Shown: positions 38,674 to 47,700 of the stretch, in pieces | Layout: every line of letters begins with the position of its first letter | Numbering within the stretch: position 1 is the stretch's first letter | Origin: Bacteroidales bacterium | GTDB lineage: Bacteria; Bacteroidota; Bacteroidia; Bacteroidales; JAFGHD01 | DNA length: 64,000 nucleotides | NCBI GenBank assembly: GCA_016939365.1 | Contig: JAFGHD010000002.1 | Span: 4,208 to 68,207, forward strand | Direction: 5' to 3' | Notes under the pieces: generated by a model | Seen by the model: only the letters and a program-made list of their open reading frames with translations | Database searches by the model: none | What the model was told of the DNA's origin: nothing | Position numbers and translations under genes: made by a program

Positions 38674-39441
38674 TTATTTTTCTGCGAACCAGGTGGAATG
38701 CATCAGGATAGTGCTCCGGCCGGCGTTCTTGGCTATACGTTGAGAATCAATGCAGATCACATATTTTGAAGCCGCCTGGGCCCTGAGGTCAAATCGTGAC
38801 AACAGTGGCCTCAGCCATGACGGATACTGGTGATCGAATTTTACTTCCAGGATGAAATGACCGTTGATGGCTCTCTTAATACCCGTATTGTCGAACAATT
38901 GATCCACACCGGGAAAGGATTTTGATCTGAGATTCCTGTCAAATGTGATACGGACCGACCTGTCAAATTTGCTGAAGAATGCCTCCCGCTCATACATCAC
39001 CAGTATGACCGGGCGTAAATTTTGACCGAACAGTTCAAAGAAAAAAGAAGAAGCATTTTTGCGTGCCAGGGGAACATCGTCCTGCATGAAGACGAAACCA
39101 TTGATCGACGCCTTTCTGAACAACTCCAAGGCTTCCCCGTAAGTTAGTGGGATCCTGTTTTTAAGAATGGGGATATTGTACTTCCTCTTGATCTCAAGGT
39201 ACACACGGGTATCATCAGACCCCTTGTTATATCCTCGTATCCTGAACTTTTTCCTGTTTTTGATACCTTCCACCTTTTCATAATAATAATCCAGGCGAGG
39301 CGTATCAAAATATATGGACCGGACCGTATAGCCGTTTTCTTCATTTCGGTTATTGGAATCAGAATTGACAAAAGGAATGACCATGTGCCGGATGTCATCC
39401 AGCAATTCCTCCCTTACTATGTACTTATACTCGAACCTCAC
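38674..39441 (-). CDS. VTC domain-containing protein (triphosphate-tunnel / polyphosphate-polymerase-like)
   Basis: The GTG start directly abuts the TAA stop of the upstream gene. The N-terminal MRFEYKY fits the R-x-E-x-K tunnel signature. Also VRSIYFDTP and KFRIRGY strands. The family often pairs with DUF4956. Confidence 0.75.
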   Translation of the reverse strand: MRFEYKYIVREELLDDIRHMVIPFVNSDSNNRNEENGYTVRSIYFDTPRLDYYYEKVEGIKNRKKFRIRGYNKGSDDTRVYLEIKRKYNIPILKNRIPLTYGEALELFRKASINGFVFMQDDVPLARKNASSFFFELFGQNLRPVILVMYEREAFFSKFDRSVRITFDRNLRSKSFPGVDQLFDNTGIKRAINGHFILEVKFDHQYPSWLRPLLSRFDLRAQAASKYVICIDSQRIAKNAGRSTILMHSTWFAEK

Positions 39442-40497
39442 TTAACCGGCGGTGATATTTCTCTTGAAATACTCAAAAATACTGATCTTTTGGCAGATGA
39501 TCGTACAGGTGACATGCATGCCTGAATGCCAACCCTCCGGATGATTGGGAAGCATTGCCCTTACTATCAGGGGATTGGATCCATCAACAAGGGTAATGCT
39601 CTCTTCTTCCCCGATCCAGACTGCCGGCACTGCCTGTCCATTACCCTGTATCTCGACCTCTATACCCGTCACCTCTTTCAGGAATGGAATATACTTCGGA
39701 TGAATCATGCACTTGACGATCAACCCTGATGTATCAGAAACGCTGAATATGTCAGGTGTGACATGACTGAACTGAAGTGCTCCGGTCAGCGGGGAAACCA
39801 GGAAGTATTCATCCTTCAGGGACTTCATCTTCCTGATCTCCCTTTCATATCCGGCGATTCGTTCATTGACAAGATTGATTACGGCAGGCTTGCTACCTGT
39901 CACCAAGGCATCAAGGGCTGTACGGGCAACCTGGTGGTTGATTTCGGCCAGTCTGTATGTGTTTTCCGCAAGATCAAACTCAGCCTGTGATATAATACTG
40001 TCCTCGAAAAGAATTTTTTGCCGGCTGTAGTTTTTTCTTTCCAGTTCCAGCTGTTCCAACGCGATCTGTACCTGTTGTTCAGCCTGCCTTTTAATCTCCT
40101 CTTTTTCTCCGGTTGATTCCATATCCCGGTTCGCGATCTCGACCATTTTCAGATTCTCCAGACGGAGGATCTCATTTTCAAGAAAATGAGATTTAATGAT
40201 TCCAACAGTATCGCCCTTGTTTACGATCCCGGGTTGCTTGCAGGCTTGGGCCATAAAAACGGAAGCAATGTCCCCCCTTTCAAACCGGTAATTTTTTAGG
40301 CCATATACGGAATGTCCCACATAGTTATGGATTTCACTTGTAAAACTGTCATCCTGCCCTCTCACCAGCTTCCATTCACTGGTTGGCATCAAAATTCCTG
40401 TGGCAGTAATACGGTAAGGAATCCGGAAGGGCAGAAAAAAAGGTAGTAATGCCGCAACCAGGATCACCCATAAAAAGTGTCGTCTCTTCAATGGCAT
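39442..40497 (-). CDS. HlyD-type periplasmic adaptor / membrane-fusion-like protein
   Basis: N-terminal TM anchor (FLWVILVAALLPFFLPF), barrel-sandwich-like segments (GDTVGIIKS ... YFLVSPLTGAL) and a central coiled coil (EEIKRQAEQQVQIALEQLELERKNYSRQKILFEDSIISQAEFDLAENTYRLAE). No transporter gene is adjacent. Confidence 0.65.
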   Translation of the reverse strand: MPLKRRHFLWVILVAALLPFFLPFRIPYRITATGILMPTSEWKLVRGQDDSFTSEIHNYVGHSVYGLKNYRFERGDIASVFMAQACKQPGIVNKGDTVGIIKSHFLENEILRLENLKMVEIANRDMESTGEKEEIKRQAEQQVQIALEQLELERKNYSRQKILFEDSIISQAEFDLAENTYRLAEINHQVARTALDALVTGSKPAVINLVNERIAGYEREIRKMKSLKDEYFLVSPLTGALQFSHVTPDIFSVSDTSGLIVKCMIHPKYIPFLKEVTGIEVEIQGNGQAVPAVWIGEEESITLVDGSNPLIVRAMLPNHPEGWHSGMHVTCTIICQKISIFEYFKRNITAG

Positions 40498-40563
40498 GAT
40501 CAGATTTACGTAATTGACACGATTATGTTAACAGGCAGGAGAAATATTTTCCGGCCTCAGTTG

Positions 40564-41997
40564 TTATTCAGTATTCAATTCCCTGTGCTTCAGTACTACT
40601 CTCACAGCGGGAAATCGATTCTGCATCCTGCGATAAAACTCCTCCGCGCAGAAGACGGAACGGTGCTGTCCTCCGGTGCATCCAAAGCTGACCATCAGAT
40701 GAGTGAATCCTCTTTCCAGGTAATTGTGCACAGCCGATCCCACAAGGGCTTCAACATTTCTGATGTACTCCAGCACTTCTGCATGATTCCCCAGGAATTT
40801 CCTGACCGGTTCATCCAGACCGGTCAACGCTCTGAATTCCGGCAGTCTTCCCGGATTGGGCAAAGCCCTGCAATCAAAAACAAATCCGCCGCCATTCCCT
40901 GAGGGATCAGAAGGAATCCCTGTTTTATATGAAAAGCTCTTGACTGATAAGGTCAAAACATCCTGTACATCAATGGCGGGTTCATTTTCTGACTGATCTA
41001 TTGCCTTTTCCAGACACCGCCATATTTCCGGAAGATTTACGGGCAGCCTGATATGTTCAATGATCCAGGCCGAGTTGGTCAGGGCCATTTTCATACTGGC
41101 CAGGAAATGCGGTTTTTTTTCATGTATTCCCCTGAAACCATATGCACCGAGCACCTGAAGGTTTCTCAGTAAAATGAAAAGCGGGTAGTTTTGATGGAAT
41201 TTCTTTCTGCTTGGCAGGAGGTGATTCCCGGGAAAAACATCAAGATAGTATTCCAGCAAACGCTGCCTGTCATCCGGCAGCAATGAGGCCCTTGCCTGAA
41301 ACAAAAGTGAAACCAGATCATACTGCAGTGGGCCCCTTTTTCCGCCCTGGTAATCGATAAACCGCAGATTTCCGTTCTGTACCATAATGTTCCGTGCCTG
41401 AAAATCACGGTACATGAACCACCTGGCTTCAACCGATTTCAATAATCCCGTGAGCCTTTTAAAATCATCCTCAAGTGCCTGTTCATCGAAAGGGATGCCT
41501 TTGAGTTTCAGAAAATGATATTTGAAGTAGTTCAGGTCCCAGGTCACTGATTGGGTGTCGAAGGCTTCCCTTGGGTGGCATTTTGAAAAATCAAGACCTT
41601 CAGCCCCCTTTGTCTGGAATTCAACGAGCCAGGCCACTGCTTCCTGATACAGTCGTTCACTTACAAGCGACAGCGCTCCCGATTCTTCCTTTTCAATTAC
41701 AGAGAACATGGATTCATCGCCCAGATCCTCAAGGAGGCATATTCCGCTCTCAGGGTTGGCAACAAAGAGTTTTGGAACGGGCAAACCTTTGTCAGTAAAA
41801 TGCCTTGTAAGGTAAATAAATGCTTCATTCTCGCGACGGTCAGTATTGATGGCAGCGATCACGGTTTGCTTTCCACCGGTTATCCGGAAATAATCCCGGT
41901 GACTGCCTGAAGGCGGTAACGGGCGGATATCATCCGCTTCTTTACCTTGCCATTCCCTGAACGACCGGCCGATCTCTTCTATCCCAGAAAGCGCCAT
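40564..41997 (-). CDS. APH-fold sugar kinase (AmgK-like) fused to a RapZ C-terminal-like domain
   Basis: Residues 1 to about 330 have protein-kinase-like phosphotransferase motifs (SGSHRDYFRI; YRDFQARNIMV; FIDYQGG..GPLQYDLVSLL). Residues from about 335 to 477 match the C-terminal domain of RapZ/YvcJ block for block (SFSYKTGIP..GGGFVFDCRALPNP, LTGLDEPVRKFL, SFGCTGGQHRSV, KHRELN). Confidence 0.85.
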   Translation of the reverse strand: MALSGIEEIGRSFREWQGKEADDIRPLPPSGSHRDYFRITGGKQTVIAAINTDRRENEAFIYLTRHFTDKGLPVPKLFVANPESGICLLEDLGDESMFSVIEKEESGALSLVSERLYQEAVAWLVEFQTKGAEGLDFSKCHPREAFDTQSVTWDLNYFKYHFLKLKGIPFDEQALEDDFKRLTGLLKSVEARWFMYRDFQARNIMVQNGNLRFIDYQGGKRGPLQYDLVSLLFQARASLLPDDRQRLLEYYLDVFPGNHLLPSRKKFHQNYPLFILLRNLQVLGAYGFRGIHEKKPHFLASMKMALTNSAWIIEHIRLPVNLPEIWRCLEKAIDQSENEPAIDVQDVLTLSVKSFSYKTGIPSDPSGNGGGFVFDCRALPNPGRLPEFRALTGLDEPVRKFLGNHAEVLEYIRNVEALVGSAVHNYLERGFTHLMVSFGCTGGQHRSVFCAEEFYRRMQNRFPAVRVVLKHRELNTE

Positions 41998-42272
41998 ATC
42001 ACTTTAATCCATATCAAACCAATCAGAAATGAATGAAGATTCCCGGGATTGCACTGAGATGCCTGCCGGGTTGATCATGTCATCCATCATTGTGGATATC
42101 CATTAGACCCTTTAAATGCAAAGGGGTTTACCCCCCCCCATCCGGATCAAACCTTTTTAATTCAGGTACTGCCCCTTCAGCTTCTTCCGGTGTTTATCCC
42201 CCTTGTTTCACATTTGAAAAGACATTTTCTGCCCTGTTTTCGTTGCATTTTCCCACTCAGCCATATTTTCTC

Positions 42273-42280
42273 TATTTTTG
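42273..42280 (+). promoter_or_regulatory. candidate -7 promoter element (TATTTTTG)
   Basis: TAnnTTTG match 36 nt upstream of the ATG at 42316. Confidence 0.35.
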
Positions 42281-42315
42281 CAGTCAACTGAAATTCAGGA
42301 ATCAAATCGTTTGTT

Positions 42316-42822
42316 ATGGCAACCAAATCACCAAATGACATTTTAAAGGAAGCGATTTTACTTGAAAGACGCGGCAAGGCCTTTTACTCGAACATTGCGC
42401 GGCAGACAGAGAGTGAAGCTGTGCGTAAGGTGTTCAACATGATGGCAGAAGAGGAGGATGAGCATATCGAATTTCTATCGAGGCAATTCAAGGCGTTCAA
42501 TGAGAAGCACGAATTCCTCAGACCTGAGGCTCCGCAGGAACATCCTGACGAGGAGGTGGTCATGAACATCCTGACCAAGGAGATCAGGGAGCAGATATCC
42601 GCGGCCAGTTTCGAAGCAGCAGCCATATCTGCGGCCATCGACTTCGAGACCCGGGCGGTAAATATATACTCCGAGAGGGCTGAGCAGGCATCAGATCCTA
42701 TGGAAAAAGAGACCTACCGGATGCTGGCCGAATGGGAAAGCGGTCACCACAAGCTTCTGTATCGCCTGAATGAAGACCTGAAGGAACAGATATGGAATGA
42801 CAACAGCTTCTGGCCGTTCTGA
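42316..42822 (+). CDS. ferritin-like (rubrerythrin-family four-helix-bundle) protein
   Basis: 168 aa with paired E-x-x-H type blocks (EEEDEHIEFL and AEWESGHHKLL) in a helical repeat. Confidence 0.75.
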   Translation: MATKSPNDILKEAILLERRGKAFYSNIARQTESEAVRKVFNMMAEEEDEHIEFLSRQFKAFNEKHEFLRPEAPQEHPDEEVVMNILTKEIREQISAASFEAAAISAAIDFETRAVNIYSERAEQASDPMEKETYRMLAEWESGHHKLLYRLNEDLKEQIWNDNSFWPF

Positions 42823-42877
42823 TCAGGGCTCACTAAAACTTGATCACCAGATTTCATTAGAGGGTCACCTTCCTGAA

Positions 42878-43564
42878 ATGCCAATCCCTTTCGCTGAAAA
42901 GGTAATCCGTTTTTACGACTCACTGGTAATCCCGGAGCACCTTCCCAATGATATCGAGGTGATGAATCCCTATTTAGATCATTATAACAGGAATCTGGCG
43001 GAAGCTTTCTATCGTAGATTTTATTCGGACAACCGGCCGCGCAGGCTGATCCTAGGGATCAATCCCGGGCGGTTTGGCGGAGGTGTGACAGGCATCCCTT
43101 TCACCGACCCGGTCAAGCTTCAGAATGAATGCAAAATCCCCAACCGGCTTCCGAAGAGGACAGAACCCTCTGCCGGCTTTATCTATGACATGATCCGGCA
43201 ATACGGAGGGACCGAAGACTTCTATTCCCGCTATTTTATCTCTGCTATCTGCCCTCTGGGATTGTTGAAAAATGGTAAAAACTACAATTATTACGATTCA
43301 CCCAGGGTATTGAAGGCGCTGGAACCGTTTATTCGTCGATCTCTGCACGCGGTCTGCGGTTTTGGTATCGATCCGCATGAGGTGTACTGCCTTGGAAGAG
43401 GAGCAAATTTCACACACCTTCTCAGGTTGAATGAACAGGAAATGTTTTTCGGGAAGATCGTACCCCTGCCCCACCCTCGCTGGGTCGTTCAATACAGGAG
43501 AAATCAGTATCAGGAGATGATCTGGCTGTATCTGTACTACCTGAAGACCAAGTCATCTGCCTGA
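42878..43564 (+). CDS. uracil-DNA glycosylase superfamily protein (DUF4918 / SMUG2-like)
   Basis: The internal ATG at 42878 gives MPIPFAEKVIRFYDSL... Motifs: LILGINPGRFGGGVTGIPFTDP and LPHPRWVV. The track ORF start at 42797 overlaps the preceding gene and adds non-family sequence. Confidence 0.6.
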   Translation: MPIPFAEKVIRFYDSLVIPEHLPNDIEVMNPYLDHYNRNLAEAFYRRFYSDNRPRRLILGINPGRFGGGVTGIPFTDPVKLQNECKIPNRLPKRTEPSAGFIYDMIRQYGGTEDFYSRYFISAICPLGLLKNGKNYNYYDSPRVLKALEPFIRRSLHAVCGFGIDPHEVYCLGRGANFTHLLRLNEQEMFFGKIVPLPHPRWVVQYRRNQYQEMIWLYLYYLKTKSSA

Positions 43565-43569
43565 ACGGA

Positions 43570-44277
43570 TCAGTTCTCTGAAATAAAAACGGATTTGGCG
43601 GCTGCGCAGATGGGGCATATCCAGTCATCCGGCACTTCTGAGAATGGAGTTCCGGGAGGAATGCCCTGCAATTCATCCCCCACCCCGGGATCATAGATAT
43701 ATCCGCATACAGGGCATATAAATCGTTGACTTTCGGCAGAGAGCGTTTCCTCCTCTGTCTGCAGTTCCGATTTGTCAATATAGGTGGGGGCTCTTTCAGG
43801 TGCGGTCAATTTCTTGACATCCCTGTAATATGTATAGGTCAGGGGTTCTTTATGTTTGTCGAGCAATCCGCCGTCCACCACATCCCCGATGAACAGAATA
43901 TGGGAGCCCAGATCGAAACGGTCGGTCACCCTGCATTCAAACCAGGCGATTGCGTGCTTGGTTACAACCGGTATACCGGTACTCCCGGTCCGGTAATCGA
44001 CGTTCCGGAATTTTTCCTTTTCCCTGCCGGTATGATACCCGAACCACCCCAGGAATTCCACATCTGTGTCCTTTTCCAGAATTGAAATGCTGAATGCCCC
44101 TCCCTTATCGATGATCTCGCATGTCAGATTCTCGCGGTGGCAGCTGATGGCTATCCGTGAGGGATTTGATGTTACCTGAAATGCAGTATTCGCAATGTAT
44201 CCGTTTTTCCGCTCCCCGTCCCCCGAACAAATCAGATACATCCCATATGACATCCTGAAAAAAGCTTCCAGTTCCAT
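43570..44277 (-). CDS. flavin reductase domain fused to rubredoxin (high-molecular-weight rubredoxin type)
   Basis: N-terminal FMN-binding split-barrel domain ([30 protein letters not shown]) and a C-terminal rubredoxin with two Cys pairs ([10 protein letters not shown] ... [10 protein letters not shown]). Confidence 0.88.
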   Translation of the reverse strand: MELEAFFRMSYGMYLICSGDGERKNGYIANTAFQVTSNPSRIAISCHRENLTCEIIDKGGAFSISILEKDTDVEFLGWFGYHTGREKEKFRNVDYRTGSTGIPVVTKHAIAWFECRVTDRFDLGSHILFIGDVVDGGLLDKHKEPLTYTYYRDVKKLTAPERAPTYIDKSELQTEEETLSAESQRFICPVCGYIYDPGVGDELQGIPPGTPFSEVPDDWICPICAAAKSVFISEN

Positions 44278-44710
44278 ATTTATAAAGTGTTAATCATGAA
44301 TACGACCCGTGACAACCAAACGTGATGATGGCACCGCCAGGTATCCGGGAAGCATCAATACATGAAGCCCCTGCGCTTCCCACTATGCATCAACCATTAA
44401 AATTAGATAAAAAATGGTATCCATAATAGATCCGGATTTCGACCGTTTGAGTTATTAACATCTCCATGTTACAATTTAGAAACACCGCTTCAGATTTACC
44501 GGATTGAACATCTCTAACTTTGTTTACCAAGCTGGTTTTGATCTGTATCAGAGCAATGCATTCCAGAGATATTAATGCAGGCATAGGGGAAATGACCATA
44601 ATTCCTTGATTGTCAGTATTTTTTTCCATTGCATGCTCTGCTGAGCGATATGCATCCTGCCTGATAAGCAGGTTTTGATAGAGCCCCTGAATCAGCAAGA
44701 ATCGAAGACT

Positions 44711-47700
44711 ATGAAGCGGTTATTCATTTTTATTCAGCCATTGTTTTTCTTATGGCTTCTGATCCCACTGAGGTCAGGGGGGCAACAATCAGCCTATTTT
44801 GAAGACCCTCCGGCCAGGTTCAGAAGCGCTCTTGATCTGATGGAAAAGGAGCAGTTCGGACAGGCACGGGAGCACTTCAGGTGGTTGCAGGAGCATGAAC
44901 TTCCCATGGGAAGCCGGATGCTGGCCGATGCAATACTGTATGAAGGTATCTGTGCCTATGAGCTGTACCATCCGGATGCATCACGACTGCTCAATGGTTT
45001 CATTGAAAAGTATCCGTCTGACACCCGGATCAGTGATGCCCTCTTTTACCTGGGTAAGCAGGAGTACCGGAACAGGAAATGGCACAGCGCATCCCGCTTT
45101 TTTGAAAAAGTTGATCCTGAAGTACTACCGGATGACTCGCAGGATGAATATTCCTTCAAATGGGGATACTGTTACTTTCAAACAGAAAAATTTGAAGAAG
45201 CCCTCCGTTGCCTTACTCGTGTAAAGGATGGGCAGGGCAAATATGCAGCGCCTGCCTGCTACTATTCAGGCCATATTTACTATATTCAAAAGAGTTATGA
45301 CAAGGCTCTCGACGAGTTCATGAGGCTTGAGACTGATGAGAACTTCGGGTCCATCGTCCCCTATTACATCCTGCAGATCCGGTTCATGCAGGGTGATTAT
45401 AATGCTGTGATCCGGACGGGCCCTGCTTTGCTTGAAGTTGCCACGCCTAAAAGAACTCCGGAAATTGCCCGTTTTACGGGATTGGCCTATATCCGGACCG
45501 CGCAGTATGAAAAAGGATTGCCATACCTGTTGCAGTTTCACGAATCTGAAGGTGTCCAGCCGGAACGTCCGGACCTTTTCGAACTGGGGTATGCGCTCTA
45601 CCGCACCGGAGATCATGAAAGGGCTTCAGAATATTTTGAGAAAGCGGCCAATGGCCGGGATACCATCGCCCAATATGCATACTATTATTTGGGCGACTGT
45701 TACCTGCAAACAGGGAAAAGACAATTTGCCGGAAATGCATTCATGTCTTCATTCAAGCTTGGCTATGACCAGGATATCCGTGAAGATGCACTGTTCCTCC
45801 AGGCACAACTGGCATATGAACTCTCATTCGACCCATACAGTGAAGCGATCAAATCCCTGAAACAATACCTGAATGAATACCCCGATTCACCCCGAAATGA
45901 TGAGGCATACCAATTTTTATACGACATCGCTATTTCAACGGGAAATTACACCGAGGCACTGCTGGCATTGGAACGAATGAAGGAAAAAGGACAGGATCAT
46001 GCGAAAAAATTGCAGAAAGCCCTTTACTTCAAAGGCGTTGACCTGTTTCATCAACAGCAGTTCAAGGAGGCAGCCGATACCTTCATCCAGTCTGCAGAAG
46101 CAGGTCCGGAGCGGGATATCGCAGCTGCAGCCTATTTCTGGGCGGGAGAGGCCTTTTTCAGGAATAATGAGGATGATCTGGCTGAGAACTATTTCAGGGG
46201 ATTCCTCCGCTCTCCCGGAGCATTTCATTCGGATTTGATCAATCCGGCCTATTACAGTCTCGGATATGTGCTCTTCCGCAAAAAGCAATATGACGAAGCA
46301 CTCATCCAGTTTTCGAAATTTACCGGAAACAATCAGGGACGGACAAAGGAGATGCTGGCCGATGCCTATGTCCGCAGCGGTGACTGCTATTTCATCAGGA
46401 AGGATTTCCAGGAATCGATCAGATGGTACGACCGGGCTGTTGACCTGGAAAGCGGGGAAGTAGATTATGCGCTCTACCAGAAAGCCCTGGCGTTGGGTGT
46501 CTTGCAAAAAAATGATGAGAAAGTCAGGATATTGCAGGAAATGATGGTCAAATATCCCCGTTCAACACTTCTCCCGGACGCCCTCTATGAATCAGGAAAC
46601 ACATGGCTGCTGTTGAATGATCCGGAAAAGGGTCTGATGAGCTTCAGAAAGATCATCACGGATTATCCGGCTTCCAGCCATAATGTAAAGGCACACCTGA
46701 AGTCGGGCCTGATTTACTATAACATGGATCAGAACGATCTGGCGCTTTCATTCTTCGAGAAGGTGGTCAGTGGTTATCCGGGAACCCCCGAGTCCAAAGA
46801 GGCCCTCGTCAGTATCCGGAACATCTATATGGCGGAAAACCGTGTAGATGAGTTCTTCAGGTATGTTCAGAACCTTGCCTTTGCCGACATTACCCAGGCG
46901 GAGCAGGACTCCATCACCTATATGGCTGCGGAGAATCAGTTCATGAAGGGTAACTGCACCAGCGCAAGGATTTCTCTCGAAAAGTACCTTGAGAGATTCC
47001 CGGAAGGTGCTTATATAGCTCATGCAAGCTTTTATGCCGCTGAATGTTATTCTGGTGAAAACAATCGCGATAAGGCTCTGGAACTCTATCTTCAGGTCAT
47101 CGGTCTTCCGAGATCACGATTTACAGAAACCGCTTTGCTGAAAACGGCCCGGATACTTCTCGAACAGGGCAGATACGAACAATCTCTGAATTACTTCGGT
47201 GAGCTGGAACAGATCGCTGAATCGAGAAACAATCTGACCGAAGCCCGCTACGGCAAGATGATCTGCAGTTACAGGCTGGAACAATATGATCAGGCTATAC
47301 AAAATGCAGATATTTTGCTTACCGTTGATAAAATCAGCGATGAGTGGAAGATTGATGCTTTGCTGATCCGGGCATCTTCCATGATGTCTCTTGACCGCCT
47401 TGATGACGCCGAAGCAGCTTTTCGCGAAGTCACGAAAATCTCCCGTGCGGAAGCCGGAGCTGAAGCGAAGTACAACCTTGCCAGAATCGAATATGTCCGG
47501 GGAGAGCTTCCTCAGGCAGAAAAAACGGTTTTCGAACTGATCAACCAGTTTGCGGCACACGATTACTGGGTGGCAAGTGGGTTCATACTGCTCGCCGACA
47601 TATATGTACAGGCCGGCAACCTCTTCCAGGCAAAACAAACCCTTCAGAGCATCATCGACAACTATGAAGGGAAAGATCTGATCACTGCTGCCAGGTTAAA

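Noticed and set aside
42090-42338. 82-aa plus-strand ORF spanning the divergent control region, with a repeated GVYPP peptide
   Set aside because: The peptide repeat simply reflects the DNA direct repeat and the C-run. The ORF also overlaps the well-supported ferritin-like gene start in another frame.
44390-44698. 102-aa minus-strand ORF in the long intergenic region
   Set aside because: It has no recognisable family and an odd composition, and it would run head-on into the TPR gene start. It is more likely non-coding regulatory DNA.
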